Positions 12,143 to 24,531 of a DNA stretch of 62,358 nt are shown one piece after another. Positions within the stretch are counted from its first letter, which is position 1. The number at the start of each line of letters is the position of its first letter. Location of the stretch: positions 15,878,973 to 15,941,330 of the forward strand of contig NC_068997.1 in the NCBI RefSeq assembly GCF_001194135.2. Direction: 5' to 3'. A model generated the notes under the pieces. The model searched no databases, was not told the DNA's origin, and saw only the letters and a program-made list of their open reading frames with translations. The translations under genes and the position numbers were made by a program. This DNA comes from Octopus bimaculoides. Its lineage: Eukaryota.

Positions 12143-14022
12143 GTGTGTATGTATGTATATATATATATGTATATATATATGACACATAAAGACAAGTACA
12201 TATTCACACACATATGCTCCTATGCACTGTGCACATGCCCACTTACACATATGCATGCGCACGCACAGATGTGCGTGCTCGCACACACACACACTCATAC
12301 ATGCACACGCACGTGTACATACTAAGTCAACTGGTTGGTCAATGGAAAGCAGCATGCAGCTGCTTTGGCCAGGTGGACAATGCTGGAGCTGACTCGCCAA
12401 CCCCACCAACCAACCGACTAACTAGACAGCCAGCTTCCATTGGACTGACCAACTGGCTGACTGGTCAGTGTGATGTCAGAAAGGCCAGACAGATTTAGTA
12501 TAGATCGGTGCTGTGTAGTGAGCGTAGTAGTGTGAGGTAGTAGTGTGAGGTGGTGGTNNNNNNNNNNNNNNNNNNNNNNNNNNNNNNNNNNNNNNNNNNN
12601 NNNNNNNNNNNNNNNNNNNNNNNNNNNNNNNNNNNNNNNNNNNNNNNNNNNNNNNNNNNNNNNNNNNNNNNNNNNNNNNNNNNNNNNNNNNNNNNNNNNN
12701 NNNNNNNNNNNNNNNNNNNNNNNNNNNNNNNNNNNNNNNNNNNNNNNNNNNNNNNNNNNNNNNNNNNNNNNNNNNNNNNNNNNNNNNNNNNNNNNNNNNN
12801 NNNNNNNNNNNNNNNNNNNNNNNNNNNNNNNNNNNNNNNNNNNNNNNNNNNNNNNNNNNNNNNNNNNNNNNNNNNNNNNNNNNNNNNNNNNNNNNNNNNN
12901 NNNNNNNNNNNNNNNNNNNNNNNNNNNNNNNNNNNNNNNNNNNNNNNNNNNNNNNNNNNNNNNNNNNNNNNNNNNNNNNNNNNNNNNNNNNNNNNNNNNN
13001 NNNNNNNNNNNNNNNNNNNNNNNNNNNNNNNNNNNNNNNNNNNNNNNNNNNNNNNNNNNNNNNNNNNNNNNNNNNNNNNNNNNNNNNNNNNNNNNNNNNN
13101 NNNNNNNNNNNNNNNNNNNNNNNNNNNNNNNNNNNNNNNNNNNNNNNNNNNNNNNNNNNNNNNNNNNNNNNNNNNNNNNNNNNNNNNNNNNNNNNNNNNN
13201 NNNNNNNNNNNNNNNNNNNNNNNNNNNNNNNNNNNNNNNNNNNNNNNNNNNNNNNNNNNNNNNNNNNNNNNNNNNNNNNNNNNNNNNNNNNNNNNNNNNN
13301 NNNNNNNNNNNNNNNNNNNNNNNNNNNNNNNNNNNNNNNNNNNNNNNNNNNNNNNNNNNNNNNNNNNNNNNNNNNNNNNNNNNNNNNNNNNNNNNNNNNN
13401 GGGAGAGGGAGAGGGAGAGGGAGAGGGAGAGAGAGTAAGAAAAAGAGAGAAAAAGAGGGAGAGAGAAGGGAAATAGAGAGAGAGAGAAAGAGGAAAAGAG
13501 AAAAAGAAAGAGAGAGAAAGAGAGAGAAAAAGAGAGAGAAAGAGAGAGAGAGAGAGAAAGAGAGAGAGATAGAAAGAACGAAAGAAAGAAAGAAAGAGAG
13601 AGAGGGCGAGAGAGAGAGACTTGATGGTGTTTGAGAGGTGGTGGGTAGGGGTTAACCTGTGAAAAAAGCTTTTGATGAGTGAAATGATAAATGTTGATAT
13701 TATTGTATAGATGTTTGGATGCCTGGATGAATGGATGGATGGATGGATGGATTTAAATGGACAGTAGCTAGATTTCATTGAAGTGGTTCGTTCACACGTA
13801 TACGTTATTTCTGCCACACATGCAACAACGCATTTGCATGTAGCATACGCACTGCAATCTATACATAACGTACGCATATGTGTAATGTGCAAAATGTCGC
13901 GCAGTTACAAACAGAGCGAGTGTAATACAAGTACTAGATAATAGTCACTGCGATGGAAACTGGACAATACTAGCTGTCTAGCAGAACTGATGTGTGTGTA
14001 CAAACGCATGTGTATTTATATA

Positions 14023-14155
14023 CCTAAACCACATGGTTCCAGGTTCAGTCCCACAACGTGGCACCTTGGGCAAGTGTCTTCTACTAAAGCCTCGAGCCAA
14101 CCGAAGCCTTGTGAGTGGATTCGGTAGAAGGGAAACTGAAAGAAGTCCATCATAT
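14023..14155 (+). mobile_element. SINE family A head half
   Basis: aaccacatggttccaggttcagtcccacaacgtggcaccttgggcaagtgtcttctac...ggaaactgaaagaagtcc. Confidence 0.92.
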
Positions 14156-14170
14156 ATATATTTATATGTA

Positions 14171-14392
14171 TTCTTTTATTCTTTTATTTGTTTCAATCAT
14201 TTGTCTGCGGCCATGCTGGAGCACCGCCTTTAGTCGAGCAAATCGACCCCAGGACTTATTCTTTGTAAGCCTAGTACTTATTCAATCGGTCTTTTTTTGC
14301 CGAACCGCTAAATGACGGGGACGTAAACGCACCAGCATCAGTTGTCAGGTAATGTTAGAGGGACAAACAGAGACACACAAACACACACACTC

Positions 14393-14395
<3 letters not shown>
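14171..14395 (-). mobile_element. SINE family A tail half (inverted relative to the adjacent head)
   Basis: tttgtttcaatcatttgtctgcggccatgctggagcaccgcctttagtcgagcaaatcgaccccaggacttattctttgtaagcctagtac...gaaccgctaa. Confidence 0.92.
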
Positions 14396-14431
<36 letters not shown>

Positions 14432-15250
14432 NNNNNNNNNNNNNNNNNNNNNNNNNNNNNNNNNNNNNNNNNNNNNNNNNNNNNNNNNNNNNNNNNNNNN
14501 NNNNNNNNNNNNNNNNNNNNNNNNNNNNNNNNNNNNNNNNNNNNNNNNNNNNNNNNNNNNNNNNNNNNNNNNNNNNNNNNNNNNNNNNNNNNNNNNNNNN
14601 NNNNNNNNNNNNNNNNNNNNNNNNNNNNNNNNNNNNNNNNNNNNNNNNNNNNNNNNNNNNNNNNNNNNNNNNNNNNNNNNNNNNNNNNNNNNNNNNNNNN
14701 NNNNNNNNNNNNNNNNNNNNNNNNNNNNNNNNNNNNNNNNNNNNNNNNNNNNNNNNNNNNNNNNNNNNNNNNNNNNNNNNNNNNNNNNNNNNNNNNNNNN
14801 NNNNNNNNNNNNNNNNNNNNNNNNNNNNNNNNNNNNNNNNNNNNNNNNNNNNNNNNNNNNNNNNNNNNNNNNNNNNNNNNNNNNNNNNNNNNNNNNNNNN
14901 NNNNNNNNNNNNNNNNNNNNNNNNNNNNNNNNNNNNNNNNNNNNNNNNNNNNNNNNNNNNNNNNNNNNNNNNNNNNNNNNNNNNNNNNNNNNNNNNNNNN
15001 NNNNNNNNNNNNNNNNNNNNNNNNNNNNNNNNNNNNNNNNNNNNNNNNNNNNNNNNNNNNNNNNNNNNNNNNNNNNNNNNNNNNNNNNNNNNNNNNNNNN
15101 NNNNNNNNNNNNNNNNNNNNNNNNNNNNNNNNNNNNNNNNNNNNNNNNNNNNNNNNNNNNNNNNNNNNNNNNNNNNNNNNNNNNNNNNNNNNNNNNNNNN
15201 NNNNNNNNNNNNNNNNNNNNNNNNNNNNNNNNNNNNNNNNNNNNNNNNNN

Positions 15251-15289
<39 letters not shown>

Positions 15290-15440
15290 GGGAGATAAAT
15301 GCAGTGGAGGACAATAAAACATTCGGACAGATAGACGATACAAAGGCAGACAGGAGAAACAACGATTAGAAGGACAGGGAAAAGAAAATGAGTCATTCGT
15401 GGCCTTCTTTCGTCAGTCAAGTTACCAGAAGTCCTTACTG
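15290..15440 (-). mobile_element. Unclassified repeat family E fragment
   Basis: Reverse complement (gtaaggacttctggtaacttgactgacgaaagaagg...ctttgtatcgtctatctgtccgaatgttttattgtc) matches the copies at 52640-53410. Confidence 0.7.
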
Positions 15441-15850
15441 TGTCACATCAGTGGCACCTGTGCCGGTGGGACGTAACAAGCACCTTTCGAGTGTTGGGCC
15501 TCACGGAGGGAAAGTGGCTGAGATCCTTTCGAGTGTTCGGCATCCTGGAGACCAAGACCTTTGGCATTATGTCCTGCTCGAGAAGTAGAGCTATGAAGCC
15601 AAACGAAATCATTGTCATGGAAGGTGCTGGTGTCACACAAATGGCACCTGTGATGGTGGTACATAAAAGCACCCATTACACTCTTGGAGTGGTTGGCATT
15701 AGGACGGGGTTCCAGCTGTAGAAACCATGTCAAACCAGATTGGAGTCTTCTGCAGCCTTCCAGCTTGCCAGCCCTGGTCAAACCGTCCAACCCATGCCAG
15801 CATGGACAACAGACGTTAAATGATGATGATGGTGATGATGATGACAATGA
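15440..15850 (+). mobile_element. Family D (RTE-type) longer 3' fragment with (GAT)n tail
   Basis: ggcacctgtgatggtggtacataaaagcacccattacactcttggagtggttggcattaggacggggttccagctgtagaaacc...aaaccgtccaacccatgccagcatggacaacagacgttaaatgatgat. Confidence 0.82.
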
Positions 15851-16614
15851 TATATATATATATATATATATATANNNNNNNNNNNNNNNNNNNNNNNNNN
15901 NNNNNNNNNNNNNNNNNNNNNNNNNNNNNNNNNNNNNNNNNNNNNNNNNNNNNNNNNNNNNNNNNNNNNNNNNNNNNNNNNNNNNNNNNNNNNNNNNNNN
16001 NNNNNNNNNNNNNNNNNNNNNNNNNNNNNNNNNNNNNNNNNNNNNNNNNNNNNNNNNNNNNNNNNNNNNNNNNNNNNNNNNNNNNNNNNNNNNNNNNNNN
16101 NNNNNNNNNNNNNNNNNNNNNNNNNNNNNNNNNNNNNNNNNNNNNNNNNNNNNNNNNNNNNNNNNNNNNNNNNNNNNNNNNNNNNNNNNNNNNNNNNNNN
16201 NNNNNNNNNNNNNNNNNNNNNNNNNNNNNNNNNNNNNNNNNNNNNNNNNNTTTTCCCCTCTAATAAAATCTAGTTTCCTCTTTCTACTACCTTTACAAAT
16301 CCTTTCAACTCCTACTTTCTCTTATGAACCTTTACGAACAATCCAACAACAAATACAAAAAGAAAGGAAGGAGAAACACTGACAGTAAAAGAAACAAACA
16401 ATACCAATCCTACGTAAATACACACATATACATACACATGCGTATTTTCCAACAACAATTACAAGTCACTTTCACATTGACAGTCAAACATTTCATTCAA
16501 TCACTTCAAAAATGAAACTATTCCACTCATGAACTTACCTGCCTCTCACCCTGTCCAGTCCTCTGTTCCACTTCAATTATAATCAACTTTTTGCACCTTG
16601 AGAGTAAAGGTAAA

Positions 16615-16740
16615 GTCATGCCAAATTATAAAGGTCAGTTTCCTGGTTTCATGGTGTATATATTCCCCACCTGGATGGGACACCAGTCTATCGCAGGGTT
16701 ACTCATTTTTCCAGGTTAGTGGGCAGAGAGCAATGTGAAA
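16615..16740 (-). mobile_element. SINE family C fragment (same tail as the 37978-38243 copy)
   Basis: Reverse complement ggaaaaatgagtaaccctgcgatagactggtgtcccatccaggtggggaatatatacaccatgaaaccaggaaactg. Confidence 0.8.
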
Positions 16741-17019
16741 GCTTGTCTCTTTCTCTGTTTCTCCTCTCACTTTTCCTCTCTTTCTCTCCCTCTCTTTCTT
16801 CCATCTCTCTCCTCTCTTCTCTCTTTCCAAACTGGGATTGTCACATTTCTCTTCTACACCCGTTTCTTTCCCTCTCACATACTCTGACCTCTCATCACCT
16901 GGCACAAAGTCACCTCCCTCACTGCCACTCCTACTCTCAGTTATGGGTGAGGATCTTGTCTTGCAAAGTTATTTGGTGACTTTGCTGGAGTTGGTGCCAC
17001 CTGAAAAGCACACAGAGTA

Positions 17020-17367
17020 AAGAGTAAAGATCTCCTACAGTCATAAATGACCGTAGAATTGCACCTAGAAAGTTACCCTCTGAGGCACATGTCTGGGCAA
17101 GATTGTTTATGGATGACCAGCAATTGCCCATGCATGCCAGCTTCCCCTTTCCATACCACTGATGTTATCCAAGGGGAAAGCAAAGGGGCTGATACAGCTT
17201 GGCACCAGTGACATCGCAAATCATTTCTACATCTAGGGATACTGAGCAACATAAAATAAAGTGTCTTCCACAAGAACACAAACATATAGCTCAGTCCAGA
17301 AACTGAACTCGCAGCCTCTTGATTGATTGTAAACCTGACTCTAACCGTTAAGTCATGTACCCCTCAC
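17020..17367 (-). mobile_element. SINE family C-type head with a different tail, degenerate
   Basis: Reverse complement has a tRNA-like head, then gtgttcttgtggaagacactttattttatgttgctcag...gtagaaatga, then a tgcgatgtcactggtgccaagctgtatc tail. Confidence 0.75.
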
Positions 17368-17384
17368 ACAGTATACTCTGTAAT

Positions 17385-17560
17385 GTGGTTCGCATTAGGG
17401 AAGGGCATCCTGCCATAGAAACCATGCCAATACAGGCATTGGAGCTCAGCACAGTCCCCTGGCTCACCTGCTTCTGTCAAACACTTCACCCCATACCAGT
17501 AATGGAAAATGGACATTAAATGGTGCTGATGTTAATGATGATGATGACAATGATGATGAC

Positions 17561-17611
<51 letters not shown>

Positions 17612-17715
17612 AGTGACAATGACAATGATGGTGATGATGATGATGATGATGATGATGACGATGATGACGATGACGACGATAACGACGGTGACGACGCTGA
17701 TGATGATGATGCATC
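17385..17715 (+). mobile_element. Family D 3' end with expanded (GAT)n tail (about 180 bp)
   Basis: gcattagggaagggcatcctgccatagaaaccatgcc...aatggacattaaatg followed by a long gat array. Confidence 0.78.
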
Positions 17716-18862
17716 AGCACTAAAAAAAAGGTTGCTAAGTTCTTGGCAAGTCTAACGAGTTCTCTCAATCCGACGTTGTCTATGTTCATTCATGGAAACA
17801 TACCCGTAACTGTACGGGTGAATGGGGAGAAAGAGAGATCACAAAGAGAAAAACCATTAATAGCGGGTGGCAAGGAGAATGCACACACACACTCACATGC
17901 ACACACACACACACAATGCACACACACACACACACACACAGAGTGATGCACATTCAGACACACATGCACTCATGTACTCAAACACACACACACATGTTCA
18001 CACACATACACATATACACACATATATATATGCATTCATCACATACACACACACACACACACACACACGTACATGTATATAGGAATGGTTTACTTGAAGA
18101 CAGCTGTGGGGTTGGACCAAAATGTAATGTAACTGTAAAAACAGACTGACATGAAAGATGAAGTTAATTGTCCAGCAATTTCGACGTAGATGGACAGGTA
18201 GTTGATTTGACAGTACGATGAATAGATAGATAGACAGATAGATGTATAGATCATCATCTGATAATTGGATATATATGGATGGTTTATGGACAAATGGTTC
18301 ACTTATCCTCTAATCTAGATAGCTGGATCAATGAATAAGATAGCTGTTTGATGAATGGATGGTGGACGGATAGATTTTTAGATGGATGTCTTGATGGTTG
18401 GTTAGATTAAATAGTTAGAGAGATTGGCAGCTGGATAAATAACTGAATGGTCAGATGACAAAGATGCTGAAGTTAGCTAGCAGTCAATTGGTTGATTGGA
18501 CAAAGGCATGAGATCAAAGATAATGATGAATAAATCTGCGGGTATATTCAGGGTAGGGTGACTGACAGTTTCAATTAACGGAAGACACCAGGAAATTTTC
18601 GTCTTTTTTTCCCCCTTTTTTTTGTTTTTTTTTTTTACACCTAGTGTCATGATAATTACAACTTCAACCAGTATTATCATATCATACTCGGGGTGGCGGG
18701 GTAGGAATGAAGAGTAGGAGCATGTAATGTATATGTATAATATATACATGCATAATGTACCCGGCTAAACTGCCAAAGTATTGAGTTAAACATCCGAGCA
18801 GATGATACAGCTTCTATTATCAAACCAGATGAGGTGGGGGTGTGAGGATCATGTTATGTATG

Positions 18863-18903
<41 letters not shown>

Positions 18904-19296
18904 CATGAGTCTGTCTGTGTGTTTGAGTGCATGAGTGTGTGTGTCTGCATATGCATGACTCTGTGTGTGCGTTTGTGTGTGTGTGTGTGTGAGTGTGTGT
19001 GTATGGGTGTTTGTTCGTGTGCATGTGTGTGTGTGTGTGTACACATACACTGCAATAGACATGAGTAAAACACCCAAAGTGAGTGATAGCATTTCCATTA
19101 TCATACAGATAGGAGCACTATGGTGCGACGAAGTGCATGTGGCGTATTTTAGGTCCATGGTCTTAGCCATGCACAGAATATGCGACCAAACTGTTTTGAT
19201 TCCTAATTTCTGATTCTTATTTCCTGGTTCTTGACTTTGGATTGTTAATGTTTGATATGAGGAAGGCAGCGATCAAGACAGAATCATTAGCATGTG

Positions 19297-19437
19297 AGGC
19301 GGAGGGCTCAGTGGCATTTCATTTGTCTTTATGTTCTGAGTTCAAATTCCACTGGGGTCGACATTGCCTTTCATCCATTCAAGGTCAATAAAAGACGTAC
19401 CAGTTAAACTCTGGGGTCTGTGTAACCAACTTACCCC
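19297..19437 (+). mobile_element. SINE family B fragment
   Basis: gttctgagttcaaattccactggggtcgacattgcctttcatccattcaaggtcaataaaagacgtaccagtt. Confidence 0.85.
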
Positions 19438-19485
19438 TATATATATATATAATAACATAATAATAAAAAGGTATACATAGTAGAT

Positions 19486-19661
19486 GCAGGCATGGCTGTG
19501 TGGTAGGAAACCTGCCTACCAACTACATGGTTCCCGAGTTCAGTCCTACTGTGTAGAATCTTGGGCAAGTGACTCCTACTATAGCCTCAGGCTGACCAAA
19601 GCCTTGTGAGTGGATTTGGTAGACAGAAACTGAAAGAAGCCTGTTATATATATATATATAT

Positions 19662-19700
<39 letters not shown>

Positions 19701-19702
19701 TA

Positions 19703-19735
<33 letters not shown>

Positions 19736-19950
19736 ATGTTTGTGTGTCTGTGTTTGTAGCTCCAGCATCGCTTAACTACCGATGCTGGTGTGTTTACGTC
19801 CACGTAACTTAGCGGTTCGGCAAAAGCGACTGATAGAATAAGTACAAGGCTTACAAAGAATAAGTCCTGGGGTTGATTTCCTCGTCTAAAGGCGGTGCTC
19901 CAGCATGGCCGCAGTCAAATGACTGAAACAAGTAAAAGAGTAAAAAGAGT
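19486..19950 (+). mobile_element. SINE family A, full length, with (TA)(GATA)(TG) internal spacer
   Basis: Head gcaggcatggctgtgtggtagg...gaaactgaaagaagcc; tail catcgcttaactaccgatgctgg...ggcggtgctccagcatggccgcagtcaaatgactgaaacaagtaaaagagtaaaaagag. Confidence 0.95.
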
Positions 19951-20514
19951 ATATCAGACAATGCGTCATGCAAACTAATCTACTCTACTATGTATATATA
20001 TGTGAGTGTATGTATACGCACACACAAGTATGTATATACATACATATATATATACATATACACACACAAATATGTATATACATACATATATATATACACA
20101 CACACACGAACATGTATATATACACATATATACACACACACATATATATATATCATTGGGTGCATATATCTATGCATATATCTATGTATATCTATGTCCA
20201 TATGCGTATGTATCTTTGTATGTACTTGTGAGTATATAAGTATACACTCGCTTGTATGTATGTGTGTGTTTGTATGAACACGTGCGTACAGGTTTGAGTG
20301 CTTGTGTATGTTTTGTGTGTGTGTGTTTGTGTTTTGATTACTGACCATCAAACATGGTTGCCAAGCAATGTGCGTAATTGCAGGAACAGCTAATCAAATA
20401 AGTTGGCTACTCTTAAACACATCCAGAAATTGTACCGTTTGTAGTATTCTATAAAATGGTATATAATAATATAAAACTGTAAAAACAAAAAGCAAAAAAA
20501 AAAAAAAAATCACT

Positions 20515-20685
20515 GGTGTAGGCATAGCTGTGTGGTTGGAAAGCCTGCTTTGCAACAACACAGACCCAGGTTCAATCCCACAGTGTGGTACCTTGGATAA
20601 GTCGTTTTCTACTATAACATCAGGTTAACCAATTTCCTTCTGAGTAAATTTCATAGATGGAAATTATGTGGAAGTGTGTTGTGGA
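20515..20685 (+). mobile_element. SINE family A head, old/degenerate
   Basis: gtaggcatagctgtgtggttggaaagcctgc...ggttcaatcccacagtgtggtaccttggataag. Confidence 0.75.
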
Positions 20686-20879
20686 CCTGAAACCACGTGG
20701 TTAGGAGCTTTTTGACCATCCTTCCATGCCTACTTCTATATAACTACATGTTGTACCCCAGCCCTCACCTAGGTCGATATTCAGTTATACAACCATGAAG
20801 TTAACATTTTGAATATTCACATATTCTTATATTTGAGCCAATCCAACTATTCCTGATATCAATCAGGATATATATATAT

Positions 20880-20940
<61 letters not shown>

Positions 20941-21968
20941 TAGATAGATAGATACATAGATAGGTAGATATAGGATTGTCTGTTACCCTGTTGCAGTTCA
21001 TTATTTAAGATTACGTCGATTCCTCTGTGGTGTTGTTTTGCATTTATAATAAAATAAATATATACATATAGGATCATTTGTAACCCATTAACTGGCCTAC
21101 CTCACTTTAATATATATGTATGTATATATATATATATATATATATATNNNNNNNNNNNNNNNNNNNNNNNNNNNNNNNNNNNNNNNNNNNNNNNNNNNNN
21201 NNNNNNNNNNNNNNNNNNNNNNNNNNNNNNNNNNNNNNNNNNNNNNNNNNNNNNNNNNNNNNNNNNNNNNNNNNNNNNNNNNNNNNNNNNNNNNNNNNNN
21301 NNNNNNNNNNNNNNNNNNNNNNNNNNNNNNNNNNNNNNNNNNNNNNNNNNNNNNNNNNNNNNNNNNNNNNNNNNNNNNNNNNNNNNNNNNNNNNNNNNNN
21401 NNNNNNNNNNNNNNNNNNNNNNNNNNNNNNNNNNNNNNNNNNNNNNNNNNNNNNNNNNNNNNNNNNNNNNNNNNNNNNNNNNNNNNNNNNNNNNNNNNNN
21501 NNNNNNNNNNNNNNNNNNNNNNNNNNNNNNNNNNNNNNNNNNNNNNNNNNNNNNNNNNNNNNNNNNNNNNNNNNNNNNNNNNNNNNNNNNNNNNNNNNNN
21601 NNNNNNNNNNNNNNNNNNNNNNNNNNNNNNNNNNNNNNNNNNNNNNNNNNNNNNNNNNNNNNNNNNNNNNNNNNNNNNNNNNNNNNNNNNNNNNNNNNNN
21701 NNNNNNNNNNNNNNNNNNNNNNNNNNNNNNNNNNNNNNNNNNNNNNNNNNNNNNNNNNNNNNNNNNNNNNNNNNNNNNNNNNNNNNNNNNNNNNNNNNNN
21801 NNNNNNNNNNNNNNNNNNNNNNNNNNNNNNNNNNNNNNNNNNNNNNNNNNNNNNNNNNNNNNNNNNNNNNNNNNNNNNNNNNNNNNNNNNNNNNNNNNNN
21901 NNNNNNNNNNNNNNNNNNNNNNNNNNNNNNNNNNNNNNNNNNNNNNNNNNNNNNNNNNNNNNNNNNNN

Positions 21969-22006
<38 letters not shown>

Positions 22007-22284
22007 ACATATACCATATAACATATACCATATAACATATGGTATAATTATAAACAGGGTAAATTTTAGTAATTTCTCTGCAGAGTGAAAAAAATTATGA
22101 ACAACCTTAATTGATTTTCAAACCTTATTGGGTTCTCATCAGAGGTGTCTACGTCATTCTGACAGTCTCCAGAGAAAGAGGCAGCCAAACTGTTTATATA
22201 CTCAACAAAGGAGCCCCTAATTTGCATACCAAAAGTATTTAACTCTCTATAAATACCAGCAGCCTGTCAACTGGGGATCTTAGT

Positions 22285-22555
22285 TCACACGTAATCATAT
22301 GACCAACCAGACTATCAGATGCTGTTGCACATCACTGGTCACGATGCGCTTTGCATCATTTTAGCCTTCGAAGGATGCCACCACTCTGGCTATGCGAGCA
22401 GGCCAACACTCCCCCTTGATAGAAAGGGGGCCTGGAGCAGTGTGAAATGAAGTGTTTTGCTCAAGAATACAATGTGCCACCCAATCAGAGAATGGAACCC
22501 ACAATCTAGCAATTATGAATACAACTGCTGAACCATTTGGCCATGCACTAAATGC
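22285..22555 (-). mobile_element. SINE family C-type head with a third tail type
   Basis: Reverse complement catggccaaatggttcag...gggttccattctc...ttcttgagcaaaacacttcatttcacactgctcca, then a tcgaaggctaaaatgatgcaaagcgcatcgtgaccag tail. Confidence 0.72.
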
Positions 22556-23694
22556 ACTAAATGATGATGATGATGACGACGACGATGATGATACTGATGA
22601 TGATGATGATGATGAAGACGACAGCGGCTGCACTTTCAAAGACAAGTGAAAGGAAGAAATTCCTCACTTGCAGAACAGGCATGGATGAGCAACAGGAAGG
22701 GCATGTCTAGAAACCAATTCTTCAAGAATATATATCTTCCAGACTTTCCTAGAATAGAAAAATGGATATGATACAAGCAATTTTTTTTCTTTTCTATAAA
22801 TATTATTATGATTTTATTTTAATAATCATTTCTTTTTTGAAACATGAATTTCTTTTTTTTTTTTAAATATATTTAAATATTTTATCCTTATATTTTGTTT
22901 TATGAGTTTTTAAATTTAATTCAAAATTTAATTATTCTATTTTTATTCAATTTGTTTTATTTATTCCATTATAGCATGTCTTTTGTTTTATGCTTCTTTT
23001 CTTGTAATATGCATCGTATTTTTTCTTTACTAAATTCAATTTTAGATTTTAATATTATTATATTTGTTTTCTGTCTCTCTCTGTTTTAATATAATTATTA
23101 TTATTATGGGATTTTTTTTTTTATTAAAAATATACTTTTTAATTTATTGACGTGTATGTATTTTGTCTTTTTCTTTTAATGCAATTATTATTCTTTTATT
23201 AAAATATAATTCATATATTTTTTTGTTCTGTGTTTGTTTCTAATATGTGCCTTTTTTTTCTATATATAAAGTAATTAAATTTAAAATGCCGCAGAAGAAA
23301 AAATAAAACAAAACCAAGTCATTTAATTAAAATACATGTCTCACTTGTTAACGAGAGATGTAACGAGACAATGTAAACAACATGTCTATTAAAAATGAAC
23401 CAACACTATCATTATATCCCTCCCTCAATCCCCACCTCTGTCTCCTCTCTATAAACTACCACTCCCTCTCTTTCTCTCTCTTTTTCCTTCCCTGTTTATT
23501 CTCTTTCACTTTCTTTCTTTCAATAAGCCATAGTCATCACTTACAAGTGAATATAACTAGATAGCTCTTACCATGCTTTCACTCATTGTTTCCAGTGACT
23601 ATCGAGTCATGGAGCAAGCATGGAAAGTCTTTCAGACATCACACTGTAGACCTGGCAGGAGGAACAGAGGCCTGGAATCAGATCAAGACTGGTA

Positions 23695-23840
23695 CTACTC
23701 ATTTACAGCAGAGTTGACTGGATCTGGACCACCATGAAGTGAAGTGTTCTGCTCATTGTCAGCACTTGCTACCTGCTTGAGGGATTGAACTGATGCCCTA
23801 ATGCTCATGAGTTCATGACTCCAACCACTAGAACATTTGA
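23695..23840 (-). mobile_element. SINE family C-type head, highly degenerate
   Basis: Reverse complement ctagtggttggag...agttcaatccc...tgagcagaacacttcacttcatggtggtccag...gctgtaaatgagt. Confidence 0.55.
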
Positions 23841-24339
23841 CTGAGGATACATCCTGACACAAGTCCTTCACCATCTTCTTTTTCTCTCTTCCTCTCATCT
23901 CTCGTTTTCTCATTGCAGTAGCTATGTATCTCCTCTACAGCAAAACACCTGTTTCTGCCCCTCTTTCATACCATAGCCTCTCATCCTAGAGCATAAAACC
24001 ACCTGCCTCAGAACTACTCCCTGCCCCATTAAGAGGTCTTGCCTTGCAAGTTACTTAGTGATCTCACCAGGGACAAGTATCTTCTATTATAGCCATAGCC
24101 TTCAGCCTAGTTTTACAGTTGGATGCCCTTCCAAATGCCAACCATTCTACAACATGGACTGGATTCCTCTTAATCAATTTGCTTTATTTATTCCATTACG
24201 GCATGTCTTTTTTTCATGCTACTTTTTTTGTAATATGCATTTTATATGTATATATATACATATATATATATACTCACACACACAAATCTAAAGTCATACA
24301 TACATACATACATACATACATACACACATACATACATAT

Positions 24340-24531
24340 CAGGGACATGCAGCCTGGGTAGGCAAGGTAGGCAGTGCCTACCCTAAATAAAATAGATCGA
24401 TAGCAACATTTTCCTTTTATGGCAAAATATGCACCTAATTCAATAAAATTATGAAGGTTACTCTGATTACTATGCATAAAATGCAAAATATTTTATTGTT
24501 TTGTAGATTAGGTAGGCATAATTCGCCCCTG
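24340..24531. mobile_element. Candidate hAT-like MITE
   Basis: Begins CAGGG and ends CCCCTG, with internal ggtaggca/tgcctacc inverted motifs and an AT-rich core; no clear TSD. Confidence 0.4.

Noticed and set aside
12531-12557. tgaggtagtag matches the first 11 nt of let-7
   Set aside because: It diverges afterwards, is part of a local tagtagtgtgagg duplication, and no hairpin arm is visible before the gap.
16530-16600. Strong minus-strand donor cag|gtaagt at about 16540 (another at about 49110)
   Set aside because: No matching strong acceptor at exon distance.
18965-19213. ORF tails with protein-like look (MSKTPKVSDS..., MAKTMDLKYAT...)
   Set aside because: Short, fused to TG-repeat frames, with no convincing splice pair or motif.
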